Assembly: GCA_032718475.1 (NCBI GenBank)
Contig: JAUCBJ010007990.1
Coordinates: 1-45,684, forward strand
Origin: Nemertoderma westbladi
Lineage: Eukaryota > Animalia > Xenacoelomorpha
Reading direction: 5' to 3'
DNA length: 45,684 nucleotides
Shown: one piece after another, positions 36,996-45,684 of the stretch
How positions within the stretch are numbered: the first letter of the stretch is position 1
How the letters are laid out: the number at the start of each line of letters is the position of its first letter
Program-made: the position numbers and the translations under genes
The notes under the pieces: model-generated
The model's input: only the letters and a program-made list of their open reading frames with translations
What the model was told of the DNA's origin: nothing
The model's database searches: none

Positions 36996-38080
36996 GTCGG
37001 CGCCCTTCAAACAAACAGGTGCAGAGTCGGAAAGAACTGTCACATGCTTTGCTTGGCTTGTGGTACCATTTGATTACATAATAGATTTTGGCAGACTGGG
37101 CGGTCGCTCTGACCATATGCATTGCGCACCAACAATGCCTAAAACATCTATGGGAACAGCCAATTAGTGCGCTTGAATCATTTATCTTTATTCCTGCCTC
37201 TATCGTTATTCTTTACTTTGTATAACACAATTTACAGTGCGGCAAAGAATGGCTGGTTGACCATTGAAATGCATTGGTAAAGGAATTCGGCGTTCACGTG
37301 GGCTAAACAAATTTAAACAGTACAGTTTTAGCACTATACATTAAATATAGATAGGGCAACAGACAAACTGTCTATGACACAAATACCAACACATTCCGAT
37401 AGCCCGCAATTACGGCGTCTCTAAAGAGCCCAAATATAAATTAATAAAATCCTCTATGAAACAATAAAAATTCCTACAAAAAATACTGCTGTATTAAATA
37501 TTAGTTACTGCAGTAACATATAATAATTACTGCAGTAACAAATATTTATTACTGCAGTAATAAATATTTATTACTGCAGTAACAAATATTTATTACTGCA
37601 GTAACAAATATTTATTACTGCAATAATCAATATTAATAAATTAATAAATAATTGAATAAAAATTAATAATGCAGTAATCAATATTAATAAATAATTGAAT
37701 AAAAATTTATACTGCAGTAATCAATATTAATAAATAATTGAATAAAATTTCTACTACAGTAACAAATTATTTGTTACTGCAGAAAAATACAATTTTTTAT
37801 TACTGCAGTAAGTTTAATTCTTACTTTCAGTAACAAATATTTATTACTGCAGTATTTTTTGGAGGCATCTTTATTGTTTCATAGAGGTTTTTATTACTTA
37901 TATTTTACCCTTTAGTAGTCAAAGTCAATATATCCCATACCATAGCCAGCTTCAGGCAGGACTGTATGAAATGACTGACAGTACTACTTTGAAATCTTTG
38001 AGGACACTTTGTCATTTTCTTGGACCACTTTTAGAAATTTGAGACAGTTTTAGTTCTTTGAGGAAATCTCAAAGAACAGA
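36996..38080 (+). repeat. Copy 2 of the dispersed repeat (paralogue of 7687-8581), cut at 38080 by an insertion
   Basis: Identity with copy 1 ends abruptly after AAAGAACAGA. Confidence 0.95.
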
Positions 38081-38090
38081 AGTAGTAGGG

Positions 38091-38396
38091 TCTTGGTCCT
38101 CTCGGCGACAGTTAGACCTCACTGACACCCATTGGGTGTCATATGACACCCAATTATCACCCTATGGGTGTCATTGGGTGTCATTGGCGCCAGACTGTCT
38201 GGCTGACACCTCCCAATTAGGCTAATTAGACCCTAATTGACAGGTGTCATCAATTAATTAGTACAATTAAACCCTAACAGGTGTCATATGACTCCTAATT
38301 AGGGTTTAATTGATTATCCTAATTAATCAGACTGATTAGCGCCCTGACACACAATGGGTCATCAGTGATGTCTAACTGTCGCCGAGAGGAGCAAGA
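38091..38396. repeat. Subterminal fold-back: ~50-bp inverted arms enclosing nested palindromes
   Basis: TCTTGGTCCTCTCGGCGACAGTTAGACCTCACTGA pairs with TCAGTGATGTCTAACTGTCGCCGAGAGGAGCAAGA (2 mismatches in 35). Internal palindromes TGACACCCATTGGGTGTCA and TGGGTGTCATATGACACCCA. Confidence 0.92.
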
Positions 38397-38704
38397 GGGT
38401 GTCATAAGTGACACCGCAGCTCTTTTATTCATTAATACTTATTTATTTATATTTAATTTTAATTAATTATTTGCATTTTATTTTATTCGTATTTAATTCT
38501 AAATTAATTATTCATTTGTACTTTATGGGTATACAGCTCCCTTACTGGTAACTAATTACTCCAGACAGCTTTATCGTTGACCTTTGACCCCCCAATTAGC
38601 TTTAACCAAGCAACAGCATATTAATGATAGTTGTATCCAAGCGCCCCTGCCCCCCACCCCGTGACAGCTCTGATTACTAATTACTCGTACATATATCCAA
38701 CCGC

Positions 38705-38736
38705 CTGCAGTTCCATAGTCTGCCGCTAGAGGGCGT
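38705..38736 (+). promoter_or_regulatory. Extended CTCF-like binding site (upstream module plus core)
   Basis: CTGCAGTTCC-N5-CTGCCGCTAGAGGGCGT fits the extended CTCF pattern CTGCAGTNCC-N5-YNGCC(A/G)SYAGRKGGCR. Confidence 0.6.
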
Positions 38737-39097
38737 ATTATCTGAAAATTAACATCTTCTCTAACTTTATTATTTTCAATTTAACTATTTATTTGTACCT
38801 AATTTTAATTAATTATTTGTATTCTATTTGACTTTATTTATTCATTTGTACTTTATTTTAAATTAATTAATTGTATTACTTTTATTTTATATATTGATTT
38901 CTATTTTTAGATTAATTTGGTTTTATATTACCAATGAGATCACTATGACATAATGTCTATTTTTAGCTCTATGGTTTATAGATCCCTTATCGTTAACTTT
39001 ATAATCTTTCCTCTCGCGGCCCCTTTGTCTTCGTTATTCAATGGCGCCATTCTGTCTACCATTGAATAACATTGGGCAATCATTATCTCGCCTGATG

Positions 39098-39225
39098 TGA
39101 CGTCATCAAAGCTGCTCTCTGATTGGTTTAATTATACAGTCTTTTCTCCCTCCTGTTCCCTGATTGGCTAACCCATTCTAGCCCCCTCTATAATAGCCCC
39201 CGTTCACCACATTCCCAATCATTGT
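39098..39225 (+). promoter_or_regulatory. Pol II promoter of the 569-aa ORF
   Basis: CRE TGACGTCA 39098-39105, two inverted CCAAT boxes (CTGATTGG ~39119 and ~39160), TATAATA 39189-39195 and Inr-like TCATTGT with the A at 39221, 32 nt after the TATA. Confidence 0.75.
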
Positions 39226-39314
39226 CTCTTTGTTTTCCTGAAAAGTTTTAATTATTTTCGTAAAAGTATTTATTTATTTTTATTTCCTAAACGAGTTACC
39301 GGTACACAATCACG

Positions 39315-41024
39315 ATGGCACATTCAGAAATCAGCTATTCAAGCAACGATCTGGTTTGCAACGAAAATCAGTTTATGCTACAAGACAACTCGTTTGGTCT
39401 ATATTTCGATTCGGCGAACAAACTCTTCCCGTTAACGATAAATACAACCTTAAACCAACCCATCCCGATTCCGGCAAACTATGCGCACTTTATTTTCCGC
39501 GCCTGCTACGAACTTCACGATGGACAATATCAAACCCTCGACGATAATAAACTTCATTCCTCCAACCACGGTTTCAAACTTTTAAAAAGGGACAACAAAA
39601 TCACGTTCAATCTAACTACTTCGCCCGAGACGTTTACGATTCCAACTAGTATAGTCGATTTTATTCGAGAAAACATCAACCAAGATGTGGCAAATCGTCT
39701 ACTGGGTTTAACCACTCTCGTAACCTCCTTCTTCTCCGATGATCGCTTATTTGATTTTCATAGTATCGCAAACTCGATTCTTCTTCTCATCTGGAACTCG
39801 TCGACTCCGACCGAGGAAGAGGAGACTCGTTTCTTTAAACTTTTCGACAAGGATGTTCTCGCTTTCGGCGAGAAATTGAATGAGCTCACATGCTTTTTCG
39901 CCAATAAAGTCTCCTATTACTTTGGATTCAATTATAGAGTTGGCACCTATGGAAGTATTAACCCAGTGAAACCACTCGAGTTAATAAAGCTGGAAGACAC
40001 GGTAAACAGTTCATGGATCACATTTTCCGTCGCCTGCGCCAATTTATTTCAACAATATGTAAACATCTGTCGCCCTTTTATTAATCCTACTACTCACCTT
40101 GTCCTAAAACCGGGTAATTGGGTTGCTTTTGACTATTGCACTTTTGGGTTTGTTACAAATATTCGGAACGAGCGCAATTTAGCGATCACCAATGGCTACG
40201 AGGTTGACGATGGAAAGGCTATTGTTTCTTCTAGGGGCATGATTCTTCTTACACCAAGCGAGGTCGGCGAATTGAAATGGTTCGATTCAACCGTCGAGGA
40301 TAGTGAATGTGTCTGCTACGATGAACTTAACGTTTACAAAGACAACATTTCCGAGCGAATATCGTTACAAAGTTGTATCAGTGATTCAGAAATTGATTTA
40401 CAGATAACCGAGAGAAAATTTAACGAATCCTTTACTATAGCTAACACGATTCAAGCGCGCGAGGCTCTAATCAGATTCAAGGCTATGGCTATACAATTTG
40501 CTTTCAAACCAAAGCAGATTACGATCCCCAATCACCAGCGCTATCTCATAAATAGCAGTATCGCAGCCTTTATCTATAAGTTCAAATCCGAAAAATATGT
40601 TGGTATCTGGCCCATTTTAATGAAAGACGAAGAGAATACCACTTTTCAGTTCACCAACGGTCTCAATATTAGGGGCAGCGATTTTCTCGCGATAAATATA
40701 ACCAACCCACCCAACTCTCACTACTATCTCAGTCCTTACATTCATATCGAGAACAAACCAGCAGAAATTATATTCACCAATACGAAAAATACCAACACTA
40801 TCACCCTATCCAACGACTTTACCATCGCGCGCCTTTTCGAATTACTAAAACGTTCTCTCAGAGAAGGCATCTTTCTCCCGCAGCAAACACACCTTAATCT
40901 ATTTCACCCCCCAAGAAAAGGCTATCTCAACAATCTATTAAAGAGAAAATTATCGCAACCATTAATAGTATCGGACCCTAAAAGGGTTAAACCAGTTATT
41001 CTCGGAGGCCAGCAACCCTATTAA
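39315..41024 (+). CDS. Hypothetical 569-aa protein, probably nuclear, carried by the element; possible PC4-like domain
   Basis: Long intact intronless ORF in AT-rich DNA, good Kozak context (CACGATGG), upstream promoter, ATTAAA at ~41043 followed by a GT-rich tract, C-terminal KRK-x10-KRVK. Confidence 0.85.
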   Translation: MAHSEISYSSNDLVCNENQFMLQDNSFGLYFDSANKLFPLTINTTLNQPIPIPANYAHFIFRACYELHDGQYQTLDDNKLHSSNHGFKLLKRDNKITFNLTTSPETFTIPTSIVDFIRENINQDVANRLLGLTTLVTSFFSDDRLFDFHSIANSILLLIWNSSTPTEEEETRFFKLFDKDVLAFGEKLNELTCFFANKVSYYFGFNYRVGTYGSINPVKPLELIKLEDTVNSSWITFSVACANLFQQYVNICRPFINPTTHLVLKPGNWVAFDYCTFGFVTNIRNERNLAITNGYEVDDGKAIVSSRGMILLTPSEVGELKWFDSTVEDSECVCYDELNVYKDNISERISLQSCISDSEIDLQITERKFNESFTIANTIQAREALIRFKAMAIQFAFKPKQITIPNHQRYLINSSIAAFIYKFKSEKYVGIWPILMKDEENTTFQFTNGLNIRGSDFLAINITNPPNSHYYLSPYIHIENKPAEIIFTNTKNTNTITLSNDFTIARLFELLKRSLREGIFLPQQTHLNLFHPPRKGYLNNLLKRKLSQPLIVSDPKRVKPVILGGQQPY

Positions 41025-42170
41025 TATAAACAGTCTCTATTTATTAAAAACTGTTCTGATTATATCTTTTGTTATTGTTGATGTTCTTATATTATTTATT
41101 ATTAATGTTGTTGGTAAATTATTTATCCGTTGTTGTTATATTATTTAATATTGATGTTGTCGGTAAATTATTTATTCTTGTTTCCCCATATTGTTTAAAA
41201 ATATAAGATGTTTAACCGGTTATTTTTCATTTTTCTCTACTAGTTAATCTATTCTATGAGAGCGAGCCATGAAGTAAGTGAGTCTCAGCATACCATTAAT
41301 GACCCCTACTGCTTCTTCGTAATAAATTTGAATGTTAACCCCTAAATAAACAGCCAATCCCTATGAATTCTTTACAAACTCGATATGCAAGTTGTTTATC
41401 AGAGCTGATTTAATTAAAATATATTATTTAGCGATTTTCGTGATTAATGCTATAAATTATATTCACCAAAATGAAAATATCCACCCTATTACTCTATCCA
41501 TCAAGCGATGCTTTGTATGTATTGATGGCGAGCAAAGTTTTCAGGGCGACCACCTCTAGGCTGTAAGTACGCTGTTCTGTCCTATCATAGACACTCTGTC
41601 TTTTAGATGCTTCACTGTTAATATTAAGCCGTTAGCCATGGCGCCGCTGATAAGCCGCGAGGATATTCAAAGGCTTTGGTTTGATTGTTCGTACTATGGA
41701 TAGTTCAATGAAATCATGAAAGGGAGGGCCGCATGGGGTTGAAAGTGATAGCCCCTCATCCTTATTTTCCCGAGAAATTCTTAAAGGCGACTATGAATAG
41801 AACAATGAAACATTAAAGGGAGGACCGCATATGATGGGAAATGATAGCCTTTCAACTGCCTTTGCCCAGATTTGTGTAAGTTCGAGGGAGGATGTAGAGG
41901 AAAATATACTCGTAGCTTTAATGCCCCATTTGATTAAAGTAGAGCAAATTTAGCTTTCACCTAAGGGTTATCACTCCTTGCAACTGCAAAATTTAAAATT
42001 CTATCTATGATGTATTCACTATATCTCGTTTGCTGATATTATTTCATCGCGAAATTAAAAGCATCTGCTATCACTATTATTATAGTATATTATCTAAACT
42101 AGTGACACCGAGTTGGAACAGATAGGATAATTGCACTTTGTTATGTTTTAGGTTAGTAGCTTTAATCATA

Positions 42171-42820
42171 ATACTACCGGGCTATAAAATGTTGTATAAA
42201 TATCGGGGGGAGGGTCATAATGACCCCGATCGAGGTGGGGAATCGAATCTATGACAATCTGTATATCCTATTTTGTGTTTACTTTTTATATTTTCCACGA
42301 AGCGAGGGCAAAAATTTAAATTTCCTGAAAATTTCTGAGTCTCAGCACACCATTAATGATCCCTATGCCTTCTTCGTAGTCAATTTGAATGATAATCCCT
42401 AAATCCCTATATTTTTCATAAAAACCCTCAAAACTTTACAAATTTTGAAAAATCGGCTAATATAAAATGCCCCATAGTTTCAATAAAAATGGTACTCGAA
42501 ATGTGAATACAATGCTTCCACTTCATCAAGGTGAAACCTTAACGAAAACTATCCTGATCCACACTCGATTTGTAAATACATTGCATCCACTTTTACCCAG
42601 ATGGAGCATTTGTATTGTATTTAAGATTTATTTTCATGAGTCACATAATAACCCCAATACTACCGGCCTATAAAATGTTGTACAAACACCGGGGAGGGTC
42701 ATAATGACCCTGGTCGGGGGTAGGGAATCGAATCTATGACAATCTGTATATCCTATTTTGTGTTTACTTTTTATTTTTTTCGTGAAGCGACAGCCAAAAT
42801 TTAAAATTCCTGAAAATTTC
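42171..42820 (+). repeat. Diverged direct repeats of ~165 bp (42171-42336 and 42659-42820); a second ~65-bp unit at 41281-41347 and 42338-42404
   Basis: Shared TACCGG.CTATAAAATGTTGTA...GAATCGAATCTATGACAATCTGTATATCCTATTTTGTGTTTACTTTTT, and shared AGTCTCAGCA.ACCATTAATGA. Confidence 0.9.
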
Positions 42821-43680
42821 GCGGATAGAGAATTATAAATATAATTGGTGAGCATAGTGCTACGCGAAGGCTCCATGGCAGATGTATTTTAGCTATGGAC
42901 TCGTATATCCATTCTACTCTACTATAGCCAGACTGTCTTTGAGGTGCCCCGTTAGCCTTGGCGCCGCTAAATCTGCATGAGGGCCGGCCATGGTCTTATA
43001 TGTAGTTCTCTCTCTAGCAATATAGCCCATGTTCACAATGTTGCGCCGGAGGGGGCTCTCTCATCCACCCGATATAAGACATACAGGCCCACCGCACACA
43101 AAGCCTTTGTCGATCCCAGCAAGTTAGCCTCCTGCTGTGTAATCTTTTATATCCAAATAATCTCTGATGGTTGCGCATAAAAATTTTGCTTACTATTACA
43201 TAATTATATTAGTATTAGGACTATTTATCCTTAATAATTATATTAGAATTATAAATGTATTTACCCCACAATATTTATTACTATTAGGTCTATTTATTCA
43301 AGAAATTATATGTTTTTATAATATACTTTGGAAAATTGGTCGACTAAGTCATAATTTTTAAAACTTTAAATACGGGTTGAGTTATTTTATAAAGTTAAGA
43401 AGAATGAACCAATAGAGGGAGCCTGAAGTCTAATCTCTTGGTCTTTACTCACATTAACTCCCAAGGTTGCATACTATAACTATAGCCGGGGGAGTCAAAG
43501 CTAGAGTGTATGCTAGAGTTAACCAAGAGCTAGGAAAAAGAATAATGCTCTTCTAGGGTCCAAACTCACATCCCTCCAATTAGAGAACTAAGCAAATAAT
43601 CAGCTTGAAGGTCTTAGACCCTTAATCGGAGGCATCGAGCAGCCAATGAGAGAGCAGATGCGAGTACAGTGGTAAAGCCC

Positions 43681-44420
43681 ATCCATAGTGAGATAGCGTT
43701 GCACTAGCTCTCAAGGATAGTTATACTCACCATTCAAATATCCCTCGCAAACCAGAGTCCCCCAACATCTAAAGTATTCCACTTCAATGTAAAATATATA
43801 ATGCAATATAACTCGAATATTTCTGTTTTTTAATATAAATAATAATTGTAGCATAAATTTATAATTTAACATAAATATAATGTGAAAATTCAATATTATC
43901 AAATGACATTGCTATATAATGCATAGCCATGAAAGTTGTTTGGTCTGTAATAAAGAAATGAGACAAGACAATTTATCTCGTCATATGGAAACATATAGAA
44001 AGGAAAACTAATGGCTCCGTTACCAAAAAATTTAAAAAATCCGAAGATATTTTTAGTGAAGATGAAAAGAAAAAGAGAGATGAGCGTGATATATTAAATA
44101 TAAAACAGCCAATGGAAAATAAATTTCATAAAGTTGTGAATATTTTGAAAGGGATACAAAAACAGTTACCCCTAGAAAATTAGGAAAATTTGAGTGAGAA
44201 AGATGATCCATAGTGAGATAGCGTTGCACTAGCTCTCAAGGATAGTTATACTCACCATTCAAATATCCCTCGCAAACCAGAGTCCCCCAACATCTAAAGT
44301 ATTCCACTTCAATGTAAAATATATAATGCAATATAACTCGAATATTTCTGTTTTTATAATATAAATAATAATTGTAACATAAATTTATAATTTAACATAT
44401 AAATATAAGGTGAAAATTCA
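43681..44420 (+). repeat. Near-identical ~212-bp direct repeats (43681-43892 and 44206-44420) flanking the zinc-finger remnant
   Basis: ATCCATAGTGAGATAGCGTTGCAC...GTGAAAATTCA occurs twice. Confidence 0.95.
43919..44183 (+). pseudogene. Frameshifted C2H2 zinc-finger gene fragment
   Basis: MHSHESCLVCNKEMRQDNLSRHMET. Restoring 2 bp (ACA[CA]T, ~43992) gives the final His and continues IERKTNGSVTKKFKKSEDIFSEDEKKKRDE...KVVNILKGIQKQLPLEN*. Not in the supplied ORF track. Confidence 0.7.
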
Positions 44421-44424
44421 CTTT

Positions 44425-45310
44425 AACATAGAGTAACTAAACTAAACACAAAATAGGAAAAAACAGAAGGTCACGGGCTCAATCCCTACTCGTATCCCGT
44501 TTTATGGGAATTATAAAAAGTAAACATAGAATAACTAGAGTAACTAAACTAAACATAAATTAGGAAAAACAGAAGGTCACGGGTTCAATCCCTACTCGTA
44601 TCCAGTTTTATGGAAAATAAACAGGAGGTCATAGGTTCAATCCCTACTCGCGACCATTATAAATCCAACACAAAATAAGTTAAACCAGGGTTCGAATCCT
44701 AATCATGAAAATATAAAAAGTAAACATAGAATAACTAGAGTAACTAAACTAAACATAAATTAGGAAAAACAGAAGGTCACGGGTTCAATCCCTACTCGTA
44801 TCCAGTTTTATGGAAAATAAGCAGGAGGTCATAGGTTCAATCCCTACTCGCGACCATTATAAATCCAACACAAAATAAGTTAAACCAGGGTTCGAATCCT
44901 AATCATGAAAATATAAAAAGTAAACATAGAATAACTAGAGTAACTAAACTAAACATAAATTAGGATGAACAGGTGGTCACATGTTCGATCCCTACTCGCG
45001 ACCATTATAAATCCAACACAAAATAAGTTAAACCAGGGTTCGAATCCTAATCATGAAAATATAAAAAGTAAACATAGAATAACTAGAGTAACTAAACTAA
45101 ACATAAAATAGGAAAAACAGAAGGTCATGGGCTCAATCCCTACTCGTATCCAGTTTTATGGAAAATAAACAGGAGGTCATAGGTTCAATCCCTACTCGCG
45201 ACCATTATAAATCCAACACAAAATAAGTTAAACCAGGGTTCGAGTCCTACTAATGCAATTATAAAAAGTAGGTAACACGGATGCTCACGGATTCAAACCC
45301 TACTCAGGGA
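44425..45310 (+). repeat. Tandem array, 200-bp period, with three tRNA T-arm/B-box-like motifs per full unit
   Basis: TAAACATAGAATAACTAGAG at 44521, 44721, 44921 and 45069. Motifs GGTTCAATCCC, GGTTCGAATCC and GGTTCGAGTCC. Confidence 0.92.
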
Positions 45311-45372
45311 AAAATAAAAACCAACACAAAATAAATAATATAGTAAACTTTCATGTATACCATAGTAAATAG

Positions 45373-45684
45373 CTAATTTAATAATAAAGTTTGTAAAATA
45401 GATAATGATTCAGGGAATTCACCGGCTGGACACATGGAAACGATTTTATTACTATGAAATACACTGAAATATGCACGTCCTATATATATTCTAATCGCGC
45501 AAAATAATTCGGGGGTATAGCTAATAAATATTGCTTTATTATTAATTGTATGATGTCCACATTTTTTCATTAATAATTTAAAATTAACACTTGGAAAAAT
45601 AATAGTTCGTGTTTCGGTATTAAGTTTCAAATTTTGTAATTGCATCCCGATAGTTTGTTTTAAATAAAGCAATTCACTAGCTAA
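45373..45684 (-). CDS. C-terminal part of a hypothetical protein whose start lies outside the window
   Basis: The frame is open to the window edge (LASELLYLKQTIG...LQTLLLN*), 104 codons in very AT-rich DNA. No recognisable motif. Confidence 0.5.
   Translation of the reverse strand, partial: LASELLYLKQTIGMQLQNLKLNTETRTIIFPSVNFKLLMKKCGHHTINNKAIFISYTPELFCAIRIYIGRAYFSVFHSNKIVSMCPAGEFPESLSILQTLLLN

Larger units (their letters stand above)
38081..45684. mobile_element. Left end of a Polinton/Maverick-like (endogenous dsDNA virus-like) element, continuing beyond the window
   Basis: Begins AGTAGT exactly where the paralogous repeat continues differently. Followed by subterminal palindromes, compact intronless AT-rich ORFs and tandem repeats. 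No hallmark gene in the window. Confidence 0.65.

Noticed and set aside
44425-45310. tRNA gene cluster
   Set aside because: Only T-arm-like pieces; no cloverleaf, anticodon arm or A-box could be built.

Overview
Eukaryotic (probably animal, likely bilaterian) repeat-rich genomic DNA, not a prokaryotic locus. From left to right: (1) a BEL/Pao-type gag ORF of 1016 aa on the minus strand with a long repeat-containing leader and no recognisable pol after it; (2) a complete, recently inserted but multiply disabled BEL/Pao LTR retrotransposon (9925-18317, ATTTT target duplication); (3) MITEs; (4) one clear host gene, an intronless GOLGA7/ERF4 homologue; (5) a 4.06-kb foldback element whose arms are a 15/17-bp two-unit satellite, with an 8-bp target duplication (this explains the spurious ~1100-aa ORFs); (6) a scrambled nest of RTE-like LINE fragments; (7) from 38081 to the window end, the left end of a Polinton/Maverick-like element. 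That element starts with AGTAGT, and a paralogous repeat at 8572-8590 shows the empty insertion site. It carries a ~300-bp terminal fold-back, an extended CTCF-like site, a complete Pol II promoter driving a 569-aa orphan ORF (bipartite NLS, weak PC4-like segment), a frameshifted C2H2 zinc-finger gene and a 200-bp-period array of about 13 tRNA T-arm/B-box motifs. No Polinton hallmark genes (pPolB, integrase, capsids) lie within the window, so that assignment is an inference. All identities and motif matches were judged by eye, with no database searches.
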